Part shown: one piece after another, positions 25,715 to 33,984 of the stretch
How positions within the stretch are numbered: position 1 is the stretch's first letter
How the letters are laid out: the number at the start of each line of letters is the position of its first letter
DNA from: Candidatus Heimdallarchaeota archaeon
Lineage (GTDB): Archaea; Asgardarchaeota; Heimdallarchaeia; Heimdallarchaeales; DAOWED01
NCBI GenBank assembly: GCA_030638685.1
Contig: DAOWED010000130.1
Coordinates: 1-49,070, forward strand
Reading direction: 5' to 3'
DNA: 49,070 nucleotides
Notes under the pieces: model-generated
Told to the model about the DNA's origin: nothing
The model's input: only the letters and a program-made list of their open reading frames with translations
Databases searched by the model: none
Program-made: the position numbers and the translations under genes

Positions 25715-26971
25715 GTGACAGCTTCTCACCTCTCTAAAGAACGACCTCTTGTTAAGTTTTATTTGTTTTTGAAAACTCTTGGTAAGAATATTTTCCTTGT
25801 TTCCTTCTTCATAATGTTCGTTATTTTAGCCTATATTGCTGTTGAAGATATTTTTCATGCTTTTTCTGACTGGTTTTCAGTATACTTCTCTGACCCACTT
25901 AATCAGTCAACTACTAATCACATGATGTTGTTATTCTTCATTTTCTTATTCGGTTTAGCTTTAATTATTATTGCCCAGTTTGCCGCTTTTTTCATTGGTC
26001 CTAGTAAATCCACTCTAATTACTGTTGAACCATTTGATTATGATCTTCAAAGTATTCCTAAGACTATAGTTATTATTCCAGCTTACAATGAAGAAGAGAC
26101 AATAATCGAAGCAATAGAATCGGTGAAACCTTTTTGTCATGAAGTAATTGTTATTGACGATGGGTCTACCGACAAAACTGTCGAAAATGCTCTTAAAACC
26201 AGTGCTAAAGTTTTCAAGCATCGAAGTAATCAAGGTCTAGGCATGACCTATCGTGATGGTATTTCTCAAGCGTTATCCTTAGGAGCTGAAATAATTGTGG
26301 GTTTTGATGCTGATCTTCAGTATAGAGCAGCTGAAATACCTTTTCTTCTTTCCCCTATCCTTAGAGGAGATTATGATCTAGTTATGGGGAGCCGTCTCTC
26401 TGGTACAATTGAAAAAATGCCTCTCCTCAAGCGCTTAGGTAACATTCTTTTCACAAAACTGATCGGTTCCTTAATTAATCTCAAGATTTCAGATGGACAA
26501 TCAGGCTTTAGAGCTTACACTGCTGAACTTGCTCAAACAATTACTATCCGCGGAGAATACACTTACACTCAAGAGATGATTGTTGAAGCAGCAGCTTATG
26601 GCTTCCGTATCGCAGAAGTACCTATTCATTTCGATAAAAGAAAAGTGGGCAAGTCTCGTCTTATGAAAGGAGCACTAAATTATGCCTTTCAAGCTGGATT
26701 GTTCCTAGTAAGAGTCTTAAGAGATCATCACGCAATGAAAGTTTTTGGAACAATCAGTGCTATTTTCATTGTAATTGGTTTTTCTTTAGGACAATATATT
26801 TTGATTGTATGGTTAACAGGAATTGAAAGTGAGTTTTCTCACGGTGTTCTTGCTCTTTCAGCTTTAAGTTTTATTTCAATGGGTATCACTTTTCTAGTAC
26901 TTGCACTCATTGCCGACATGAAAGATAAGACTAAACGTTCTGTTTTAGTTAACCTTACGAAAAAAGATTGA
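25715..26971 (+). CDS. GT2 polyprenyl/dolichyl-phosphate sugar synthase (GtrB/DPM1/AglD-like) with extra N-terminal TM helices
   Basis: 418 aa with a GTG start. The GT-A core has VIIPAYNEEETI, VIDDGSTDKT and FDADLQY. It has the two C-terminal TM helices typical of GtrB/ArnC-type enzymes, plus a ~110-aa N-terminal membrane extension. Confidence 0.85.
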   Translation: MTASHLSKERPLVKFYLFLKTLGKNIFLVSFFIMFVILAYIAVEDIFHAFSDWFSVYFSDPLNQSTTNHMMLLFFIFLFGLALIIIAQFAAFFIGPSKSTLITVEPFDYDLQSIPKTIVIIPAYNEEETIIEAIESVKPFCHEVIVIDDGSTDKTVENALKTSAKVFKHRSNQGLGMTYRDGISQALSLGAEIIVGFDADLQYRAAEIPFLLSPILRGDYDLVMGSRLSGTIEKMPLLKRLGNILFTKLIGSLINLKISDGQSGFRAYTAELAQTITIRGEYTYTQEMIVEAAAYGFRIAEVPIHFDKRKVGKSRLMKGALNYAFQAGLFLVRVLRDHHAMKVFGTISAIFIVIGFSLGQYILIVWLTGIESEFSHGVLALSALSFISMGITFLVLALIADMKDKTKRSVLVNLTKKD

Positions 26972-26997
26972 TCGTAGAAAATTATGAAAAAAGAGTT

Positions 26998-28188
26998 TCA
27001 TTCTTTTGAAATAAACTCCCAGATTTGACGAGCTATTTCTTTCCATTGAAAATGTTCATGAACAAACTTTTGCCCTCTTCTACCAAGTTCTTTCCTTTCT
27101 TTAGGCGATTGAGCCAGCTCAATTATTGCTTTTGAAAAAGCTTCAATATCTCTTTTGACTACTCTTCCCCCTTTTGATTGTTTAACCGTAGAACTCATGT
27201 TTGGTATCGGGGTCGTTACTACTGGCAAACTTGCAGCCATATATTCGTAAATCTTCATTGTCGATTCACCAAACTTTCTTCTCAACGAGTCTATCGTTAG
27301 ATCAGTATGTGGGAAATAAACACCTACGTCTAACGCTTTAAGGATAGAGGGCACCTTTGAGTGATCAATAAATCCTGTAAAAACAACAGAATCAATTACT
27401 CCTCTTTTTTCAGCCAGTTCTACTAACTTGTCTTTATGATCTCCATCGCCAATTAAAACTAGCTTTGCATTCTTTACTTCTTTTTTGACTCTTTCAAGAG
27501 TGAGAATAAGGTTTTCCATCCCGTGCCATGCTCTAAACGCTCCAATAAACCCTAAAGTGAACGAATCTTGAATATCAAGTTTTTCTTTTACTTTCTGAAT
27601 CTCTTTTTCAGTCACTTGTTGATAAAGTTCAGTATCTACTCCATTTGGTATGACTGCTTGTCTATTTAATGAGTAGTTAAAATGATCATTGGCATATTCT
27701 TTAAGTCCTGGAGTAACTGAAATAACCCCACTTGTTCTTTTTACTAAGAAACGCTCCATTGTTTTACTAAGATGATAAACAAACCCACTTTTTTTCAGCA
27801 CTTCTTTATTTACCAAATTTTCAGTCACTATCCCGTGAAGTTCCAAAAAAAGCTTACTAGAAGTGAAAAGTTTTGCTAGTGGGTAGTATGGACCATCAGT
27901 ATAAATAATATCTTCTTTTTTGCTTAGTTTCGCAATTGTTAAACAATCTTTCAAAGCTTTCCAGTAGGCTCTTGGATTGATTAGTTCCTTTTTATCTGAA
28001 ACATGGTCCAAACTATAAATCCACTCCACTGAGTCGTAAAGTGGGTCATTTGCTGGGATCTTGTGTGCAGATATTAATCCTATTAGTGAATATTTACTCA
28101 ATTCCTTGACTATTTTTCTTACCCGAACAGTAAGTCCGTTGTGAATCAATAGATCTCCATGAGCCGCATAAATAATCATTCTTCTCAC
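26998..28188 (-). CDS. GT4-family (GT-B fold) glycosyltransferase
   Basis: 396 aa. The C-terminal E-x7-E-type region is FGESTMKIYEYMAASLPVVTT, and LVLIGDGDHKDKL is typical of group 1 glycosyltransferases. Confidence 0.85.
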   Translation of the reverse strand: MRRMIIYAAHGDLLIHNGLTVRVRKIVKELSKYSLIGLISAHKIPANDPLYDSVEWIYSLDHVSDKKELINPRAYWKALKDCLTIAKLSKKEDIIYTDGPYYPLAKLFTSSKLFLELHGIVTENLVNKEVLKKSGFVYHLSKTMERFLVKRTSGVISVTPGLKEYANDHFNYSLNRQAVIPNGVDTELYQQVTEKEIQKVKEKLDIQDSFTLGFIGAFRAWHGMENLILTLERVKKEVKNAKLVLIGDGDHKDKLVELAEKRGVIDSVVFTGFIDHSKVPSILKALDVGVYFPHTDLTIDSLRRKFGESTMKIYEYMAASLPVVTTPIPNMSSTVKQSKGGRVVKRDIEAFSKAIIELAQSPKERKELGRRGQKFVHEHFQWKEIARQIWEFISKE

Positions 28189-28210
28189 TCTTTCAAATTT
28201 TCAAAATAAT

Positions 28211-28429
28211 TCATTCTTCTTTGTAGATTGAAATTGCCATTTCTGGGCAGTGGATTTCACATAATCTACAAACTGTACAATTGTCAAGGTCGATAACTTC
28301 CGGAAGATTTCCACCTATTCTTGATGGTTGTTCAGAGATGCCTAATACTTCATGAGGACAGTAATAGATACATAGGGAGCATTCTGATCCCGCACAGTTT
28401 TTTTCAGAGATGATTATTTTAACAACCAT
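28211..28429 (-). CDS. Small 2x[4Fe-4S] ferredoxin-type protein
   Basis: 72 aa. The two cluster motifs are CAGSECSLCIYYCP and CTVCRLCEIHCP. It lies 22 nt upstream of the GT4 gene on the same strand. Confidence 0.85.
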   Translation of the reverse strand: MVVKIIISEKNCAGSECSLCIYYCPHEVLGISEQPSRIGGNLPEVIDLDNCTVCRLCEIHCPEMAISIYKEE

Positions 28430-28577
28430 AATTGTTTACCTTGAAATAAATCAAATTTAATATGACTGAACTTATTAAAAAATGTGTCATCTATTATTAA
28501 CTATTTCCTTGATTATTCAGCTTTTTCTTAAAGAATTCTGGCTAAAATGATAAATAGTCATTAATCAAACTAATATT

Positions 28578-29810
28578 GTGGCTCGTTATCTTACTTTAGC
28601 ATCTACTTTTCCTCGATGGAAAGATGATGTTGAACCTGGATTTATTTGGGATCTGGTTAAACATCTTAAAGAAAACAATAATGATGATGAACACTTTATT
28701 CTTGCTCCACATGCTCCTCGAGCCAAAAAATACGAAGAATGGGAAGATATCAAAATCATCAGGTTTCCGTACTGGGTACCTAAAAGATGGCAAATATTAT
28801 GTTATAATGGAGGTATTCTCCCTAATCTAAGAAAACATAGATTTAAAGCCGTTCTTCAATTATTCACTTTTGTTTTGATGGAAACACTTGTGGCACTTTA
28901 TATCACCTTGAAGCACAGAATTGATATCATACATGCACATTGGATTATTCCTCAAGGATTAGTAGCTAGATTTGTATCTTTCCTTACAAGACGACCATAT
29001 TTAGTAAGTGCTCATGGAGGAGATATTTTTTCCTTGGATAAAGGGGTTAAACGAGCTTTAGGGATAATGGCTCTCTCTGAAAAAACTCTGATTACTGCAA
29101 ACAGCGTTAGTACCACTACTCAGATACAAAAAGTGTTAAACTGGAAAAAAGCTATCCCTCTTATCCCAATGGGAATAGAATTGAGTAGATTTAAGCCTCA
29201 AAAGAAATCAGAAGCTTGGCGTAGTAAATTTCCGGAGGGATCAGTTTTAGTAGGAAATATTGGTAGACAGGTACCGAAGAAGGGATTGGATAACTTAGTA
29301 TATGCCTTTCAAGAGATAGTAAAAGAACATCCAAACAGTCACTTAATCCTTGGAGGGGATGGTCCTGAGAACAAAAACCTCAGAAAACTTGTTGAAACCC
29401 TAGCTCTTCCTAATGTTCATTTCTTGGGTTTAATCCCAGCCAAAGAGCTACCGGTGGTAATGGCCAGCCTTGATATCTTTGTTTTACCATCAGTTCGTTT
29501 AGCTTCTGGAGATACTGAAGGTCTCGGCGTAGTATTAATTGAAGCAATGGCTTCCAAAGTTCCTGTAATTGGAAGTAACGTTGGGGGAATTACTGACTTA
29601 ATTCAATCTAATAAAACAGGTTTATTATTTGAACCAGGAAGTAGTTCTTCACTGGTAAAAGCAATTGATTTGTTAATTCTTGATGAAAAACTAAGAAGCT
29701 CATTGGCTGAAGCGGGATACAATCTTGTTTTAGAGGTCTATGGATATGAAACTATTGCTACTAATTTACTCCAAGTAACTAAATCATTTTTATCAACAGA
29801 ATCGACATGA
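28578..29810 (+). CDS. GT4-family (GT-B fold) glycosyltransferase
   Basis: 410 aa with a GTG start. It has LILGGDGPENKNL and TEGLGVVLIEAMASKVPVIGSNVGGI (E-x7-E region). Confidence 0.85.
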   Translation: MARYLTLASTFPRWKDDVEPGFIWDLVKHLKENNNDDEHFILAPHAPRAKKYEEWEDIKIIRFPYWVPKRWQILCYNGGILPNLRKHRFKAVLQLFTFVLMETLVALYITLKHRIDIIHAHWIIPQGLVARFVSFLTRRPYLVSAHGGDIFSLDKGVKRALGIMALSEKTLITANSVSTTTQIQKVLNWKKAIPLIPMGIELSRFKPQKKSEAWRSKFPEGSVLVGNIGRQVPKKGLDNLVYAFQEIVKEHPNSHLILGGDGPENKNLRKLVETLALPNVHFLGLIPAKELPVVMASLDIFVLPSVRLASGDTEGLGVVLIEAMASKVPVIGSNVGGITDLIQSNKTGLLFEPGSSSSLVKAIDLLILDEKLRSSLAEAGYNLVLEVYGYETIATNLLQVTKSFLSTEST

Positions 29811-29882
29811 TCGATCACTTTTTCAATGAATTCAAACTTGTCTTTTTTATAAACACACTTGAAAAATCAAGTGAAAAAATGA

Positions 29883-31148
29883 GTGAATTACATGGCTTAT
29901 ACGATGATTCAGAAAATCATTGGATCTCATTCAGATGAAGAACCAATACCCGGTTCTATCGTTTGGATGGATTTAGACATTAGAAGTGCTAGAGATTTTG
30001 CTGGTGCTAGTGTTGTAAAAAACTTGGAAACAAACTATGAGGGTGAATCCCAAATAGCTGATCTTGCGAAAACTGTTTTTACTTTTGATTGTGTTGTTCC
30101 AGCTAATAATCTAGGATATGCTGAAAACCAACAAATAATTCGTGATTATGCTCGAGAGCGAGATATCAAGCTTTATGATGTGAATGCAGGAATTGGATCC
30201 CATATCTTAATTGATGACGGATTGGCTGTTCCTAATAGCACTGTGGTGGGTACTGATAGTCACCTTAACATTTTAGGAGCTATTGGTTCTTTTGGTCAAG
30301 GAATGGGAGATCAAGACATTGCTTTCACCTTCAAGGCAGGAAGGACCTGGTTTGAAGTACCTGAAACAATCAAAGTTACAATAGAAGGAGAAATGCCTGA
30401 TTATTGTTCTCCCAAAGATCTGACCTTAGCTGTTGTTAAGAGGTTTGGGTCAAAAGGAGCTCTTGGAAAAGCAGTTGAATTTGAAGGAAAAGCAATAGAT
30501 CAACTAGGTCTTGATGGAAGAATAACTCTTGCATCAATGGTTACAGAAATGGGTGGAATCATAGGTTTGATTGAACCAAATGACGAAGTAATGGACTATT
30601 GTCGAACTCGATCTAATAATCCTGATCTTGAAAAAGTGCAGGCCGATGAAGGAGCTAATTATGTAGATGAAGTAGTAATCGATATATCCGATCTTGAACC
30701 TTTGATTTCTCTTCCCGGACATCCAGAAGATGTAGTTACTGTTCGTTCCTTGGAAAACCAAAAAATATCAATTGATTCTACAATTATTGGTTCATGCACA
30801 AATGGACGCTGGTCCGACATCAAAGCATTAGCTGATATTTTGGAAGGTAATAAAATCCACAGTAGAGTTATGATGAAAGTAGTTGCGGCAACTCGAGAAA
30901 TTTATGGTAAAATGCTCAGTGAAGGAACACTTCAAGCATTGTATGATGCAGGAGCAATAGTCAGCCACCCCGGTTGCGGAAGTTGTGCCCAAGGACAGTT
31001 AGGTATGATTGGAACAACTGAAGTACAAATTTCAACAGGCAATCGTAATTTCAGAGGAAAACAAGGATTGGGTCAAAACTATCTTGCAAGTCCTGCTACC
31101 GCAGCAGTTAGTTCTTTAGCTGGTTATATTAAAGCAGTAGATTATTAG
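29883..31148 (+). CDS. leuC: Aconitase-family dehydratase large subunit (3-isopropylmalate dehydratase LeuC or homoaconitase HacA type)
   Basis: 421 aa. It has GTDSHLNILGAIG, GSCTNGRWSD and HPGCGSCAQG (Fe-S ligands). The true start is probably one of the ATGs just downstream of the GTG (MAYTMIQKI). Confidence 0.9.
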   Translation: MNYMAYTMIQKIIGSHSDEEPIPGSIVWMDLDIRSARDFAGASVVKNLETNYEGESQIADLAKTVFTFDCVVPANNLGYAENQQIIRDYARERDIKLYDVNAGIGSHILIDDGLAVPNSTVVGTDSHLNILGAIGSFGQGMGDQDIAFTFKAGRTWFEVPETIKVTIEGEMPDYCSPKDLTLAVVKRFGSKGALGKAVEFEGKAIDQLGLDGRITLASMVTEMGGIIGLIEPNDEVMDYCRTRSNNPDLEKVQADEGANYVDEVVIDISDLEPLISLPGHPEDVVTVRSLENQKISIDSTIIGSCTNGRWSDIKALADILEGNKIHSRVMMKVVAATREIYGKMLSEGTLQALYDAGAIVSHPGCGSCAQGQLGMIGTTEVQISTGNRNFRGKQGLGQNYLASPATAAVSSLAGYIKAVDY

Positions 31149-31159
31149 GAGGAAAAAAA

Positions 31160-31690
31160 ATGAAACCAACTACAATAAAAGGAAAGGCAATTGTTATACG
31201 AGACGAAAACGGGAAAAGTATTGATTCGATTGATACAGATATGATTTTTCATAACAAATATTTACATATCACAGATATCAATGAAATGGGTCAATATGCT
31301 TTTGATAATCTTGAAGGCTGGGAAGATTTTGCAACAAGAGATATCGGAGAAATATTAGTTATAGGCCAAAACTTCGGATCTGGGTCTTCCAGACAGCAAG
31401 CTGTTGATTGTTTCGTAGCTTTGGGTGTTAAAATTATTCTAGGTGAATCATTCGGAGCAATCTACAAGCGTAATACTATCAATGCTGGAGTGCCTTTGAT
31501 TGAATCACAAGGAATAATGGATGAAACAAATCCACCTATTGATACAGAAGATGAGCTGGAAATTAATCTAGAAACAGGAGAGATAAATAATCTTACAAAA
31601 GGAACAATTATCTCTGCGAAACCGATGTCAAAAGTTCAATTGGATATCTACAAAGCAGGTAATCTATTCGAATACGGGCGTCAATTATAA
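31160..31690 (+). CDS. leuD: Aconitase-family dehydratase small subunit (LeuD/HacB type)
   Basis: 176 aa. It has GQNFGSGSSRQQAV, lies 11 nt after the large subunit, and is preceded by the SD AGGAGG. The substrate loop reads YLHIT, so I could not tell LeuD from HacB specificity. Confidence 0.9.
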   Translation: MKPTTIKGKAIVIRDENGKSIDSIDTDMIFHNKYLHITDINEMGQYAFDNLEGWEDFATRDIGEILVIGQNFGSGSSRQQAVDCFVALGVKIILGESFGAIYKRNTINAGVPLIESQGIMDETNPPIDTEDELEINLETGEINNLTKGTIISAKPMSKVQLDIYKAGNLFEYGRQL

Positions 31691-31717
31691 TATCCAACTA
31701 TAAAAAAAATAAAATTT

Positions 31718-31745
31718 GAAGGAAACGTCTTTTTTAGTTTCCTTT
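31718..31745. terminator. Hairpin between convergent leuD and pgk (8 WC pairs plus 1 G-T, 10-nt loop) flanked by A/T runs; a candidate bidirectional terminator
   Basis: GAAGGAAAC gtctttttta GTTTCCTTT was read directly. Confidence 0.5.
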
Positions 31746-31762
31746 ATTTTTCAATTTCTCCT

Positions 31763-33007
31763 TCAGCTATTCTTTCTTTTGTAAGAGTTGTAAAGAGCTT
31801 CTATTGCAGGTAATTGTTTACCCATAAGGAACTCAGTCATTGCTCCTCCTCCTGTTGAAATAAGTGAGAAGTCTCCATCCGCGTAGTCCATGAAGTCAAG
31901 TACTTTTAGAGTATGACCTCCACCTAATACTGAAAATCCTTGAGAATCAGCAATAGCTTGAAAAACACCTAATGTGCCATTTCTAAACTCCTTTTTCTCA
32001 AAAACACCCATTGGTCCGTTGCAGATTATTGTTTTAGATTTCTTAATATATTCGGCATAATTAGCAGTTGTTTCAGGTCCAATATCGTAAATCAACTGAT
32101 CAGATTTGATGTCTTCAACAGAAATTATTTCAATCACTTCGTCAGATGGATCAGAAGTTGGAGTAAGAACAACAGCATCTGTAGGTAGAATAAATGCTTC
32201 TTTATTGAAATTATACATTTCAGATAAATCTTTTATTAAAGAAAGTCCACCAAATAGGTTAATAGCTGTAATATTCCCTTCACCAATTTTGTATCCAGCT
32301 ACTTCTAACAACATAGGAGCCAAAATCCCACCTGAAAGGATGTGATCTACTTTTTTATTAGAAAGCATATTCACAATTATGTCAATTGATGCATCGGGTT
32401 TTGTTCCTCCGACAACTAAGGAAGTGGGTGGGTCAGGGAAAAGAGTTTTGGAAAGTCCATTAATTTCTCTCTCCATTACCCTACCAGCAACGGCAGTAAG
32501 TTTTTCAGCAAACCCAACAAGGGAAGTATGTCCTCTATGTGCAGCAGCAAAGGCATCATTTACAAAATAATCAGCTAGAGGAGCCAAATTTTTCACAAAA
32601 AAAGTATTGGCTAATCTCTCAGGAGTTTTTTCTAAGATTTCTTCTGATAATAATCTAACGTTTTGCAATACTAAAATTTGTCCATTTTCAAGTTTTTTGA
32701 TTTTTTCTCTAGCATGGAGCCCTATTATATCATCTACCAACTCAACGTTTTTTCCCGTGTGTTTCTCTAAAATCAAAGAGTGCTCGTTTAACAATGAAAA
32801 ATCACTGCTTCCTGGTCTCCCTTGGTGTGCAAGAATCACGACTTTTGCACCTTTAGATGCTAATTCTTCAATCGTTTCACTATGTAGACGAATTCTAGCG
32901 TCTCCAACAACTTTAAGTTCATTATCAAGAGGTGAGTTAAAATCAACTCGGCATAGGACAACTTTTCCCTCGAAATCAAAATCATCTAAAGTCCAATAAT
33001 CGGTCAT
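31763..33007 (-). CDS. pgk: Phosphoglycerate kinase (archaeal type)
   Basis: 414 aa. It has VDFNSPLD, ILAHQGRPG, FVNDAFAAAHRGHTS, and GGGAMTEFL. Confidence 0.95.
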   Translation of the reverse strand: MTDYWTLDDFDFEGKVVLCRVDFNSPLDNELKVVGDARIRLHSETIEELASKGAKVVILAHQGRPGSSDFSLLNEHSLILEKHTGKNVELVDDIIGLHAREKIKKLENGQILVLQNVRLLSEEILEKTPERLANTFFVKNLAPLADYFVNDAFAAAHRGHTSLVGFAEKLTAVAGRVMEREINGLSKTLFPDPPTSLVVGGTKPDASIDIIVNMLSNKKVDHILSGGILAPMLLEVAGYKIGEGNITAINLFGGLSLIKDLSEMYNFNKEAFILPTDAVVLTPTSDPSDEVIEIISVEDIKSDQLIYDIGPETTANYAEYIKKSKTIICNGPMGVFEKKEFRNGTLGVFQAIADSQGFSVLGGGHTLKVLDFMDYADGDFSLISTGGGAMTEFLMGKQLPAIEALYNSYKRKNS

Positions 33008-33103
33008 TAAATAATCGATATTTGGTCGTCTAAAAAATCTTACTCCTATAGATATTCCGATTAAGCTATCTGATAATCTTTTGAAAATGATTTTTCAAAT
33101 TAC

Positions 33104-33868
33104 TTATACTTTTTCAAAATTATCAAGAGCCTTTCTTAAAGAGACCTGAATCAATTTTTGAAGGGGACGAATAATTAAGTTAACAGAACCAGGTCTATGT
33201 TCAGGTTTAAGTGTTCCTTCATGAGTAACTAAATCTAAAATGTTATCTTTCTTAAGAAGGGCAAGAAGATCATTTCTTGCAGTAAGACAACTTCCCGTCA
33301 TTACAAAATCAGAAGCTTTGGTTTTTGAATGCACTATACCTTCATCGACTAGAATCTCAATCAACTCAGATTTTGGTGTTCGATCAGATGAAGGGATATC
33401 ATTTTTATTAATAAAAGTTACAACCGGCAAGCCTTCTTTCACTTTTTCTGCAGTAAACTTAATGGCGTTTAAATTATCCTCCCAACTTCTATTATCAAAA
33501 TCTAACAAAAGAAGAATGCCATGAGCCCCCTTTATAATAATATCTCTTTGTGTTTTATGTCGTTCCTCACCTGGTGTGGTCCAGATTTGAAATCTGAATC
33601 TTTCAAGAAGCTGCCCTTTGATTTTTGGTGTTTGAAAAAGACCTTTATCGAAGAAAATTGTTCTTCCTACTTCATCTTCTAACATTTGAAGTTCAGAAAC
33701 AACAAGCTCTGGATCTTCAATCTTTCTGATTGCATTGATTATTCTTAAAGCGGACGTTTTACCTGCAGCAGATGGTCCGTGAAGAACTATTTTAAGAGTG
33801 GGTAGTCCTTCCCAATCAACTGTAAGTGGAGAAGAGATCATAGATTTAGAATAAACTCTATCATACAA
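33104..33868 (-). CDS. MglA-like small GTPase with a Q-to-E substitution in G3 and a ~80-aa C-terminal extension
   Basis: 254 aa. The motifs are KIVLHGPSAAGKTS (G1), GRTIFFD (MglA-type switch I with Arg), FQIWTTPGEE (G3 with Thr in place of Asp, as in MglA TVPGQ, but Glu in place of Gln), IIKGAHGILLLLD and INKND (G4). Confidence 0.8.
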   Translation of the reverse strand: MYDRVYSKSMISSPLTVDWEGLPTLKIVLHGPSAAGKTSALRIINAIRKIEDPELVVSELQMLEDEVGRTIFFDKGLFQTPKIKGQLLERFRFQIWTTPGEERHKTQRDIIIKGAHGILLLLDFDNRSWEDNLNAIKFTAEKVKEGLPVVTFINKNDIPSSDRTPKSELIEILVDEGIVHSKTKASDFVMTGSCLTARNDLLALLKKDNILDLVTHEGTLKPEHRPGSVNLIIRPLQKLIQVSLRKALDNFEKV

Positions 33869-33984
33869 AAATCGATCGCAATGACTTATAAGTCAGTCCG
33901 GTTTTTTGTTTATTTGAAAGCCTTTATTTTCTAAGTCGTCCAATTGATATTAGTAATCGTTAATTTAACTTATAAGGTAATAAT

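Noticed and set aside
32106-32999. Three + strand ORFs (79, 63 and 130 aa) within the pgk locus
   Set aside because: They lie antisense to a full-length, motif-complete phosphoglycerate kinase. Their translations are Ser/Pro/Leu-rich with no domain signatures.
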